Part shown: piece by piece, positions 53,432 to 64,000 of the stretch | How the letters are laid out: the number at the start of each line of letters is the position of its first letter | Position numbering within the stretch: the first letter of the stretch is position 1 | Position numbers and translations under genes: made by a program | Assembly: GCA_002633005.1 (NCBI GenBank) | Contig: NMRA01000073.1 | Span: 458,150-522,149 of the forward strand | Length of the DNA stretch: 64,000 nt | DNA from: Phoronis australis | Taxonomy: Eukaryota; Animalia; Phoronida | Reading direction: 5' to 3' | The notes under the pieces: generated by a model | Seen by the model: the letters and a program-made list of their open reading frames with translations, nothing else | The model's database searches: none | What the model was told of the DNA's origin: nothing

Positions 53432-54631
53432 CAGGCCTTTATGCAGCGTACGTCCTGGGTGTCCAAATGGACGCCCTAGCACTAATCTGGACACCCTGGC
53501 AGGTATGCCCAATGTATCATTTGGACCATTTGGAGGCCCACTGTCAATCACAGGCGTCCTCAGCTTCTGATCGTCCCCAATACACTACATATAATACTAC
53601 AAGGTAGGACACTCTCGACTAGAAATTCCACGGGTGCTTCACTTCACCCGTCCATAGCAAACATAAAACTCAATAAATTTACACAAAACAGGGGTTCAAC
53701 AAACCATGAAGAATTGTTCTTTCTCCCAATACCATTCACGGTGTCCTGTTCCGGCGACTTCGTAAAAAATTCGCAGTCAAAGAACAAAAATGTTCACAAA
53801 AAACCCCCGCGCACGTCCATCGGTTGCCGCTCGAGGTCAAGGACGGTACGAAAATTGCCGGTGAGTTACGGAAGTACCGACATCGTGACTTTACGCGACC
53901 GATGTCGGTACATCCGTAACTCACCGGCAATTTCCGTACCGTCCTTGACCTCGAGCGGCAACCGATGGACGTGCGCGGGGGTTTTTTGTGAACATTTTTG
54001 TTCTTTGACTGCGAATTTCTTACGAAGTCGCCGGAACAGGACACCGTGAATGGTATTGGGAGAAAGAACAATTCTTCATGGTTTGTTGAACCCCTGTTTT
54101 GTGTAAATTTATTGAGTTTTATGTTTGCTATGAACGGGTGAAGTGAAGCACCCGTGGAATTTCTAGTCGAGAGTGTCCTACCTTGTAGTATTATAATGTA
54201 GTGTATTGGCGACGATCAGAAGCTGAGGACGCCTGTGCTGTCAATAGGAACCTTTCAAGTTTGGATTGGCACATTGTAATGAATACTAGGAAGCCTCTGA
54301 ATGCTCACAGTGGGGGGGCTCTTTTTCAAAGCAGGAAGAAATATACAATGTATATACAAAGTATATAAAATGTTGCTATGCTCACACTTGGTTGATAGCA
54401 TTGTAAAAGTCTTGGTCTACAGTTTTTTTAGTAAGAATGCTCACTACAGTAGGCTGTTTTGTAAACTTAGATGTAAAAACAGCTTGATCTATGCATTTTT
54501 TTTGTAAAAAAATCTGTGTGTTTGGGGGGATTGCTGGGGGTGGGTGGTTACTCGTTGGAATCATGGACGCCCTGGAATATTGGGAACCCCATTTTGGACA
54601 CCCTATTTTCAAAATCCTGGATAAAGGCTTG
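53432..54631. mobile_element. hAT-like non-autonomous element interrupted by the palindrome
   Basis: Termini CAGGCCTTTATGCAG…GGGTGTCCAAAT and TTTTGGACACCC…CTGGATAAAGGCTTG. Exact 8-bp TSD CTCATTAT at 53424-53431 and 54632-54639. Confidence 0.75.
53549..54237. mobile_element. 689-bp foldback (palindromic) DNA transposon derivative with P-superfamily-like termini
   Basis: Arms 53549-53885 and 53900-54237 are reverse complements (about 4 substitutions and one 1-nt indel by eye) around a 14-nt spacer. Termini CACAGG…CCTGTG; exact 8-bp TSD CTGTCAAT at 53541-53548 and 54238-54245. Confidence 0.9.
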
Positions 54632-55362
54632 CTCATTATGTTGGCTTGTCTCGGGGGGATTAGTTTAGGCACTTAGCATCTAACTGTCAGTTCTTCCGAG
54701 GCACTGAAATCACTTCTACTCTGAGTAAGAAACCAGTTGTGACCGGTTCTGTAATTGTAGATGGTGTAAATCAAAAGTTATTTTTTTGATAGAAAACTGG
54801 TTTACAGCAGCTTCAATATAACTTTGCGTGTCACAAACATTCTAGTCTGCACGCCACCTGTTGGTCACATCACACGACCCAATGAACTGAAAATGTTTGT
54901 GCTCTATGTTTCCAGGAGGGTTCAAGCCTTACACACAGATATTTTTTTGTATCAGAAATATAGTCATTTGTATTTTGGTATGGGTGTTTTAATGATTGTG
55001 CTGACACGGTAATATTGTAATGTTATGTGTTGTATTAATGGACCTGATATCAATATAAATGATAAATTTCTTTGTGCCATTAAAAGTTAATCATTGCCAC
55101 ACATAGTCACTCAGAGTCCGTTTGTCATCTGTTGTTACTTTTACTTGTCCTCAGGGTTTACCTCGCAAACCACACGATTAAGAACGACTGGTATTATTGG
55201 GGAGCCACTGTCACCATATCATTTTCTAATGGATTTGACAGACATACCATCCCTTATTAATTAGTCCTTTTACATTTCAAGCAATGGGTATCTATGGTTC
55301 GGCTAACGGCATTGATTTTTGGACATATACAAGTACTTCAGAACTAAGTAGTTTTGAATAGT

Positions 55363-56510
55363 TACTTGGCGAAATAAATTTCGCCAAGTATGTTGCTCTT
55401 CCACTAAGTTTTTTTTTTTTTTTTTTTTTTNNNNNNNNNNNNNNNNNNNNNNNNNNNNNNNNNNNNNNNNNNNNNNNNNNNNNNNNNNNNNNNNNNNNNN
55501 NNNNNNNNNNNNNNNNNNNNNNNNNNNNNNNNNNNNNNNNNNNNNNNNNNNNNNNNNNNNNNNNNNNNNNNNNNNNNNNNNNNNNNNNNNNNNNNNNNNN
55601 NNNNNNNNNNNNNNNNNNNNNNNNNNNNNNNNNNNNNNNNNNNNNNNNNNNNNNNNNNNNNNNNNNNNNNNNNNNNNNNNNNNNNNNNNNNNNNNNNNNN
55701 NNNNNNNNNNNNNNNNNNNNNNNNNNNNNNNNNNNNNNNNNNNNNNNNNNNNNNNNNNNNNNNNNNNNNNNNNNNNNNNNNNNNNNNNNNNNNNNNNNNN
55801 NNNNNNNNNNNNNNNNNNNNNNNNNNNNNNNNNNNNNNNNNNNNNNNNNNNNNNNNNNNNNNNNNNNNNNNNNNNNNNNNNNNNNNNNNNNNNNNNNNNN
55901 NNNNNNNNNNNNNNNNNNNNNNNNNNNNNNNNNNNNNNNNNNNNNNNNNNNNNNNNNNNNTCAAAATTTCATTTTTTTCGAAAAATTTACGGAATTAAAT
56001 GATACCATCAGTTTAGATAGAATTTTGAACGGGCTTTCAGAAGATGTTTTCCATTTTTCGCTAGGACGTCTACTTTTCGAGTTATTTGAGATTTTCTGAT
56101 AACGCTGTTCCTTTGTTGAGCGCTCTTGCTGCATTGATGTTGGTTTATCTTCTATTGAACTAGACTGTAGTCTATTTCTTATTGATTTATGACATCTAAG
56201 TTCGTCATATGAATGTTGTGATGTTGTTCATCATCGCCACCACCATCATCATATTCGTCATCATCGTCATCATCTTCGTCATCATCTCCGTCGTTATCTT
56301 TTCCGTTAATTTCGCCAAGTGTCGCACAAGACTGTATCCTTTTTCTTACTAATTTCGGACTTATACATACGTTCGTCATGTGTATGTTATTATTACTTCT
56401 TTTGTTCATCCTGGCCACCATCGCCGTCATATTCGTCATCTTTGTCATCATCTTTATCGTCATCTTTTTGGTTAATTTCGCCAAGGTTCGCTCCTCGGAG
56501 CGCTTTCATT
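55363..56510 (-). mobile_element. Probable Helentron/Helitron2-associated non-autonomous element spanning the gap
   Basis: Terminal hairpin TACTTGGCGAAAT-aa-ATTTCGCCAAGTA at 55363-55390 next to a homopolymer tract. The same CTTGGCGAAATTAAC motif starts two tandem ~165-bp GAY-rich units at about 56160-56486. The 5' end reads AAAGCGCTCCGAGGAGCG. The family call is inference. Confidence 0.45.
55431..55960. other. Assembly gap (530 N)
   Basis: Run of N after a poly-T tract. Confidence 1.
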
Positions 56511-57683
56511 TTTGTTGTTGATTAGTTTCAAATTGACTTTGTGGATATTGATGACAGTTGACTCAAAAAGTACCGTATGTTGTAGAAAGAGGTCAGCACT
56601 AATTGATTGAGTTTTGGGTAGATCTGACTTAGTTAGCACTCTTCGTTGGGCTTTTTGTAGATTTTGACTTGGCAGTCCTTGCCCTACGATTAATTTTAAA
56701 ATAGCTCAATAGTTTTGATGAAACTTGAAATAGATGTTTCTTGTAGCTTGTACCAGATAAGTTTTGGTCGTATTTGATTACCTTTGATGTCTCCTTTTGA
56801 CCATTTTAGTTTTTCATCAAGATATTCCTCATCCTTCTGTTTTGTAAACTAATGCACATGTTTGACATAACCTTAATTTTGGTCCCAAGGATCTCTGTAG
56901 CACTTCTATTGGCATGAACAGTGTTTCTCAATTAATCAAAACAGTACCATAGATTTTCGTGACATTTTAAAGATAGCAATCATCTGAAGCTGCCTTGGTG
57001 TTTGCGATGCTCTAGTGTCATCACTATCAGGGTTTGGAAACCATCCATGGCCTCGCCTCTTACTCCCAAGTCACAGTAGACACCAAACAGATGGTGCACA
57101 CCCCAAATTCTCTCCCCTGATCTCAACATGGGTGCCAAAAATGCTCCATACCTGCTGAACAAACTCCATTAACAGCGACCATATTTCTCTCCCGCACGCA
57201 AGTCCAGGGGACGAATCTGGTCCCAGGCTCTGCAGTTTGATCTGCATTGTAGAGCTTTTCCAGTGTGGGTTTGGGGATTTGGACCACGAATTTTGTGTCT
57301 GCTGGTCTGGAACTGGGATTCAGTGATGCGGCCATGGCATTGTTTCCATTCCTTATGTGTTAATGTTGTCACTTAAAATTATTTCAAACTTGATCTATTA
57401 AAAGTTCGAAAATTGTGCTACTACATATACAAATACAGGTATTACATCACAATATCAGATATATTCTCTGATTTGTGTATGTGTCTATATACTGATGCTA
57501 AGAACAGCTGGTGATGTGTACTTGTAGTGTAGCTCTTAGAAATGTCGAAGCATTTTCAATATGTTTTACATTTAAGCCATGGTTTCACTGGCTCTTGTGT
57601 AATAGTATTTGGCATTGGTGTTCAGCTGCTGATAATTTAAATAAAAGTCTAAGTGTTTTAAACAAGCACTTTTTATTTTCTAG

Positions 57684-57785
57684 TGTCTACAGTATAGAAC
57701 AGAGCATGCACAAGATGTGAAGAAATTGGAAAAGTTCACCAGTCAATTAATGCGGCATATGGCCTCCAAGGAATCATCTAAGTGA
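57684..57785 (+). CDS. SRP9: SRP9 coding exon 3 (to the stop codon)
   Basis: ttttattttctag|[33 protein letters not shown]. The three exons splice in frame to an 80-aa protein. Confidence 0.96.
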   Translation, partial: CLQYRTEHAQDVKKLEKFTSQLMRHMASKESSK

Positions 57786-58212
57786 TGAGAAAGTTAGTGT
57801 ATTTGGACTACATTGGTAGCAGATGCAATTAGGAAGTGGTGGTTGTATCTTGTGAAGAGTGGGTCAAGTAAATGCATTGTTCTCATGTATTTTGGTGAAT
57901 AGGAGAAAACCTCATGTGCAATCAACAACAGTGGTAGTCACGCCTTCTGTTGGTAAATGCGCCGTTTTGAACCATGTTCATGAACGTGGTTGCTGGCTTA
58001 TGGGTGCGAATATGACTTGTGCTTCCCGGCTAACTGACATTGACGCTATTTTCATAGTTTTCACCCAGATTTCCCAGATATGTAAAAGTAAGTTGATGAC
58101 AATGTTCTCCTTTGTGTTGCCATTGCAACATTGTGTTTGTAGAATTATTGTAAAGAATGTTAAGTGACAACAAATATTGCATTGTTTGAGCTGTTTTATT
58201 TGTAAAATACAC

Positions 58213-58218
58213 AATAAA
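58213..58218 (+). terminator. Probable SRP9 polyadenylation signal
   Basis: AATAAA about 430 nt after the SRP9 stop codon. Confidence 0.55.
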
Positions 58219-58439
58219 AACTATTCACGTCTTATTGGAATAATTTAGGAAAACACGGTTTTCTCACAATTGGATTAAAACTAGGTAATTCCCTGTTTAT
58301 TAAATTGGAAAATTGCATTAGGGTTGTCCTGGATTGCACGGCGATAGCACTCTACCTTGCCCTGGAGATAAGAAAGCGCGTGACCTCGTTTTGGAAATCA
58401 AACATTTCCACAGATAATCTTAGGAGACCGGCGAGTTGT

Positions 58440-58633
58440 ATAGCCATGGAAATATTTCTGATTTCAACCGTTCATTAAGTAGCGGAATTGAACGGGTATC
58501 TTCAAGAAAGTGCATTTTGTTCGGTTCAAAATTAACCCGACAAACTTGATTTACCCACTCTCTTTGCATTTCATATTTGTCCAGTTTATCAAACATTCTC
58601 ACATTGGAGTTGCATCCCACAGAACCGCATTGG
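58440..58633 (-). pseudogene. Degenerate THAP zinc-finger domain remnant (probably transposon-derived)
   Basis: QCGSVGCNSNVRMF…QREWVNQVCRVNFEPNK-MHFLED…RLKSEIFPWLY follows the THAP pattern C-x4-C…W…R..F.P…HF…RLK..(AV)P but lacks the 'xCS' Cys before HF. Confidence 0.5.
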
Positions 58634-60019
58634 AAGGACAAATAGAGTAATGCCGCTGAGAAAAACTTGCAAAGAATCGGACAACAACAAAAAACATGTG
58701 GAACATCAATGGCAAGAAAAGGAGGCAGCAAATGTTACTGACCTATGCTGATGGCATTGCGGGTACATACAGTGAGATTGGGGGTTGTTGTATACTCTGG
58801 GAAAGTCCTATTGCTAAACTGGACGTCAATTGCCAAAATTTCTCACATTTCATGAATATCAAGAGGTTCGTAAAGTGAGATACTTTTCATTGCTCTTATT
58901 TGTTTTTAGCTTATGGTGCCGTTACTTAAAAACTGTTTTAACCCTTGCTCCATGCGGTGTCTCACTTTCATTATAATGGAGATACACCAATTACAATATC
59001 ACATTATACAGACCAAAAATAATACATTCAAACTCTTGGACATTTCTGAGAATTATTAATGTATCTCAGACAAAATGAAGCAGAATTAATTTAAATGCAT
59101 TTTGGGAACAAATACACTATTTGAAATGAAATCTGATACATACTATGGAAGACTAGATTTCACCAGGAATGATATAGTGCAACACGTTCAGAAGGCAATG
59201 AGTAACCACGCACATCGAAATTTGGCTCATTTCACAAAAACTGCATCTCAGAAATGGGTGACCAAATTCAAATAAAGATTGGATATTATGCTTTGTGCTG
59301 TGACATCCAAAATGCTGTTGGGTGTCAATTTATAGATCATGTTGCTGGTGAGCTGTTGCGTTAGTCTATCACAACCTTGTGGTTGTCTCTTTAAAGTGCA
59401 CCAATATTGTGACTAGCCTGTACAACTACATGTAGGTAACTCAAGTCAGAAGTCAATTGCTTCCAAACCTGGTGACTTTGGCTTCACACATTTGTCATCT
59501 GTAGGTTTTTGAAAAAATTTGCAATGCCCCATTTTTACTGCTTGTACAAATCATACTGTGTAAAAAATTGCTCTCTCTTCCACTGATGTGACCTTTATAA
59601 AAAACTTGTCTCAAACTATAGTAATGTCACTTTACAGAACATCCACTTTTCTATGATGTTCATGCATGCCCTTTGACCCCATGCCATATGCAAATTAGCT
59701 TCATTCAAATACCCCAGTCAGTCAATGAGACACTCGGCAGGTTCACTTTGTAGTCAATTCTTGTGCATACAGTTTGTGACTGATGGCTGGAATTATTTGC
59801 AATGGGTTCATTAACAAACAAGAGCAACGCGACATTGAAATGTACCCACAGTAGATGAGACCCCACTGAAAATCCACGTCAATCGTTCTCTTGCCAGTAG
59901 GAACATATCTGACATTTTCATAACGATACTCTGAGCAGTTTGACCGATGATGAAAAGAGGTAAACATAAAAAACTAAAATTGCCTCAAGCGTCACAGCGG
60001 TAGTCTGAAACTCGTCATC

Positions 60020-60160
60020 ATCTGTCACCATCTTTATAAGAACACATCTGCCAAATCTCATGAAAATCTTGCTAGGGGTTTAGGAGATACGGCAGCGGAC
60101 GCGAGATGTCCAGATAAAGATGGTAGCAAAACGCACACACACACATACATACATATATGT
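60020..60160 (+). repeat. Fragment of a HINE/Helentron-like repeat with a CA/CATA microsatellite tail
   Basis: CCAAATCTCATGAAAATCTT…GGTTTAGGAGATA resembles the 29.2-29.8 kb unit and is followed by (CA)n(CATA)n. Confidence 0.45.
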
Positions 60161-60239
60161 GTGGATGCAAAACAATTGACAGGCAAGCAAAAGTAACAAT
60201 GGACAGCAAATGACAACATACTGAATGTAAGCGAACAAT

Positions 60240-60245
60240 TTTATT
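60240..60245 (-). terminator. Probable CCDC167 polyadenylation signal
   Basis: AATAAA on the minus strand about 400 nt after the CCDC167 stop codon. Confidence 0.5.
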
Positions 60246-60642
60246 GGTTGCATAAAAATGGCATCACAAGGTCAGTAATGCAGTTGAAATTACAGAATTG
60301 GCAGTAAATATCATGAATGGGATATTTGAATCAACCCATGTCATGAAGAAAAATACACACACTACCTTTTCCTTCACTGGGTTATGGATGTACCAAAAAT
60401 AAGGTTTTGATTTGCAAATTTAGGCTCAAGTGATTGTGTTCCATGAAGTTTCTAACAGTAGCCTGTGTCTGTAAATACTTATTTACATATAGGGTATGTT
60501 TCTAAGTAAATCCCGTTATAGCACCTAGTTAGGAATGAGTTGAGGTTCCACATGTCCAGAACTGGCATTTAGGTTAGTACGCTGGCAGAACCAGCAGCCA
60601 ATGGTATTGACCAATGAGTTTAGTCATTTCATGATGGTGCTG

Positions 60643-60749
60643 TTACGTCCTGAAGGTGAAGTAATACACAGCATATATCACACTGAGGACAGCCACAGAT
60701 AACAGCATACTCTTGAAATTTTCCTTTCTCAAAGACTTCAGTTCTTTTT
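60643..60749 (-). CDS. CCDC167: Coiled-coil domain-containing protein 167, last exon (coiled-coil end plus C-terminal transmembrane helix)
   Basis: atttatttcag|(E)KELKSLRKENFKSMLLSVAVLSVIYAVYYFTFRT*. Matches the recalled human CCDC167 segment [22 protein letters not shown]. Phase 1 fits the previous exon. Confidence 0.9.
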
Positions 60750-61162
60750 CTGAAATAAATAACAGTTTCAATAAATAGGGTACAGCAAGCAGAGCTGTAT
60801 GAGTGATAAGATACCCACCTTGGCATAGCAATTGATAATTAGTATGCTGTATTGTCGTTATGAGTGAATCTCGTTTTTTCAGGAATGGTAACGTAAATTT
60901 CAACATTGTTCAGGCAAATTTTGCACATGTTGCATAATGGGGAGGAGAAAATGTGGATCTGCCACAACCATTAAGTGAGGCTCCAGCAATTATCCGCAAG
61001 GACTCCAGGGGTCGCTTTCATGAAAGTGACTTAAGCGTTTTGACAGAAATTTGGCGCAACGCTCCCTCCTTGCAATTGCTGAAAAATGTTTAGTCAAGTA
61101 ATTTTGAGCGCGTCACATTCTATGAATAATTTACAGAAATTATCTCAGTAACTAGCAGTTAT

Positions 61163-61320
61163 CAGGGGTGAATCGAGGATTTTTAGTGGGGGGGGGGGCA
61201 GAGCAAAGTAGTAGCCAGGATTTTGCCCGTCAGACATTTGCACCTCCGAACTGCCAAATGGAGTCTGGGAGTTTTAGGGGGGACCATGGCCCCCTTGGGC
61301 CCCCTCTAAATCTGCCACTG
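61163..61320. mobile_element. Small MITE with CAG..CTG termini
   Basis: CAGGGGTGAATCGAGGATTTT ... CCCCCTCTAAATCTGCCACTG with G-rich and C-rich subtermini, flanked by GTTAT on both sides (possible 5-bp TSD). Confidence 0.6.
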
Positions 61321-62243
61321 GTTATGTTTGTGTTCTTAGGGACTACACTTTCCTTAGCGTAAGATTTAAATTTCTATTTCTCAGAAATAGTTGTTTGGAG
61401 CACAACACCAATGACCTAAGTTTTAAGTCAATTTCCAGGAAACAGATCCCAGACCCCACTAAGAGAAGCCAAACAAAATATCGTCAAATATTCAGCATTT
61501 CGTGAGTGTATGAATTTCCCAATTCATTGTAAAAATATTGTACAAACTGTACACCGCTATTGATACACTTAAAAAGCAAGAGTGAACATACAGAAAACAC
61601 TAGTAATTCTAAATATTACACAATCGTTATTTGATAGTGAAATGAACAATTAATAAAAACTGCGCCATATTTTATTAGGGTAACGATGACAAATTACCAT
61701 ACTCATTTCCATAAAAATAGTCTAAGAAAATGGAAACGAGACTTTCACGAGATTGTAATGGTAACTGGTTCTTGGATGGTTTCCCGCACACCGGTAGACT
61801 TCGGGTTGTTTGAAAACTAGTACTTCATTTGCATATTCCCAATTTATTGAGACATGGCATCTTTAACTGCAAAGGCAACGTGCAATCTGAAGAATTAATA
61901 ATAATTAACTGTGAACACTTCAATTCACCAATGAAATCTTTTTTTCTCAACAATGTAGACCAAGTCAAGTTACTAAAGCAGGTATGGCCAGTTTGGTTAA
62001 AATAGTTAATCTACTTACAGATACAGTTGCAAAATCTTGTTACAGTAAAACATGCACAAGTCAGACAAGAATATGACAGATCTCCGCTTCTTAATTTGGA
62101 CAAAGTTTCTCAGTATGGTTGCTCTAGCTCATGTCCTTGACTTTCCAAATAAGTCGAATTTCACCTTAGTGGAATAAAATCTCTCAAATCTGGTTAGATC
62201 TGACTTATGTAAGTTTGACTGTATTTATTGAAAAGTTACTAAC

Positions 62244-62296
62244 CATAACTAGCCACATCCTTCCTCAATGACTCTTCTTCATCTTGCAGACATTCT
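62244..62296 (-). CDS. CCDC167: CCDC167 internal exon
   Basis: tttcag|A-ECLQDEEESLRKDVASY-G|gttagt; 53 nt, phase 2 in and phase 1 out, consistent with both neighbouring exons. Confidence 0.88.
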
Positions 62297-63244
62297 CTGA
62301 AATATGGGATATGAAATAACTGGGATGAAACATACTCCACAACAACTGCATGCATCTCTACCAAAATGGCAAAACACACAGTAAAAAAATACCAGAGCAA
62401 GACGTAACTGGCATTGAAAATAATTGAATTTATAAGATGCTCACTGCAAAACTTGAAACGAGACAATAGTATTTGAACAAACCTAAGGTTAAATTTTCTG
62501 TCTTCCCTATTGGTAGCAGCCCTTCATTAACACAAACGTCGTTGAAGACACGACTCTACTTTTTGGTTAACAGCTTAATAGAGATGTAGAGTCTAAACAA
62601 TTTCAATTCTTCAGATGTGCAGCTATGTAGCAAAACAAGAGACACTTGAGATTTCAACAATGCAATCATCAAATGCTGACTAGAGAAACTAGACATGAGA
62701 CAACTCCTACGTTAACATTAAGCCAGACTGTGACTAACCTGTCCTAATCGATTCACTAATTAATGATCGTGGCTTAGCAGCAATGCTTAAGAAAACAAAG
62801 TTGCTAATTTCTCTTACAATGCATCCATTTTAAAAATTCAAAGACGGCTACAATTTAGTTTTTAATGTTAAAAACAGTCATGTTGGTCATTTGCTTTTAC
62901 TTATTGCTTGTTTTTTTACTTTAAAACTCCTACACTAAATAGGCTTGTTTGTTTACCACTGCATGTAATTACTTCACTGATTCAGCACATTCAGCCAAGC
63001 CCAATGAATAGTGAGCATCTCACTTCAATCTATGACGGCACCATGAAGCCTTTGATATGCCGAGGATTTCGCTGGATACTTTGGGATAAACAGTGCACAT
63101 ATTTTCTCGTCCACTTGCATGCAAATCACGTTAGTGTCAGTTCTGTACAAACTTCTTATTTAATTCTAGTATACTCAGCTTGGCATGAATGTACAACAAA
63201 ATATATGTGACATCCAATAGAAAAAAATGTACAGATTACTATAC

Positions 63245-63339
63245 CTTTGTTCACTTGTTAAAAGATCCTTTCTCAGTGAGAAATGGATCTTTTCTATCCT
63301 CTTTTCACATTTTGTAATCTTGCTTTCAGCAGCTTCAAT
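63245..63339 (-). CDS. CCDC167: CCDC167 internal exon (coiled coil)
   Basis: ttggttttag|IEAAESKITKCEKRIEKIHFSLRKDLLTSEQ-AG|gtatag; 95 nt. Resembles the recalled human segment [32 protein letters not shown]. The first exon was not found inside the window. Confidence 0.88.
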
Positions 63340-64000
63340 CTAAAACCAAAAATAACAACATAATTAGCTCAAGAGCCGACGTCTGGACACTATAGTACGC
63401 GTGTTCCGTCTACAAGATGTGGTCTTGATCATGCTCACTCAACAAGTTTAGTGCCAGGCCACTCAGGTAGACAGTAAAGCAACCCAAATCTCAAATATTA
63501 TTATTACTGGGACCTTCACCTCTGCCAGAGCTGATGCTGTTACTGTGTGATCAGCAATGCATGTGCCCCGTTTTTTGTTCCCCAGTCACAATTCCACGAA
63601 TGACGACACTCCTTGCTGAATACGGTGTAATCATTCCACAAACTAGCAGTAAACTAAACCAGGTCGAATTCTCCACAGCAAAGCATTACTGTGAACAAAT
63701 TACCAACATCGGTGCTGACCTGCATTGAGTCCCACCGGGTGAAGTGCACCGGAGCCTCATTACCTCAGTAGACAATAAAACCTATAATGAAGTGATTCTA
63801 ATCAAAACGATAATTTTCTATCCCTTGAGGGTAGTTTTTGGTCATGGAGAGGGTGGACTTCGTGAGAACTTAATTGTGTTTCAAAGGGGGATGAGGTGGA
63901 CGTTCGGCCAGTCCACCGACTCCGGGTCATAAATTAGAATATCGCGGACAGTGCAAGTTTTTGGCTTTGTGCTGAATTCGTAAAACTATGACTTGAAATA

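Larger units (their letters stand above)
52930..54816. mobile_element. Old outer inverted-repeat element enclosing nested insertions
   Basis: About 52930-53045 (TTGAAGCTG…AAAAAATAACTTT…CTCAGATTAGAAGTGATTTC) is an imperfect inverted copy of about 54686-54816 (GAAATCACTTCTACTCTGAG…AAAGTTATTTTTTT…CAGCTTCAA). Confidence 0.55.

Noticed and set aside
53714-54071. Two near-identical 111-aa ORFs on opposite strands
   Set aside because: A by-product of the DNA palindrome; non-ATG starts and no recognisable domain.
55404-55964. 186-aa ORF of X residues
   Set aside because: Artefact of translating the N gap.
60750-60906. N-terminal part of the 87-aa ORF 60643-60906
   Set aside because: Intronic read-through upstream of the true CCDC167 acceptor at 60750.

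Overview
AT-rich eukaryotic DNA, most likely a bilaterian invertebrate draft assembly with single-N joins and one 530-nt gap. Three spliced genes are supported. (1) An Ena/VASP (enabled/ENAH-like) gene on the minus strand: its EVH1 exon is at 2269-2434 and its 5' region extends about 48 kb up to a probable first exon at 50797-50834. (2) A complete three-exon SRP9 gene on the plus strand (51494-57785), head-to-head with Ena, as ENAH and SRP9 are in human. (3) Three exons of CCDC167 on the minus strand (60643-63339); its first exon lies outside the window. The most interesting signal is in the Ena 5' region, which holds several candidate ATG-initiated alternative first exons, all ending in a phase-2 donor compatible with the EVH1 exon. 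Two of them end in an identically spaced C-x-C-S-Y-C-x3 motif, and one encodes a 164-aa Ser/Thr-rich extension. SRP9 intron 2 holds nested DNA transposons, including a 689-bp near-perfect palindrome with an 8-bp target-site duplication. The rest is old MITEs, an RNase H-type LINE fragment, Helentron-like repeats carrying CTCF-like motifs, a degenerate THAP domain, and two duplications that are probably assembly artefacts. Gene names come from my recall of the protein families; no database search was run.
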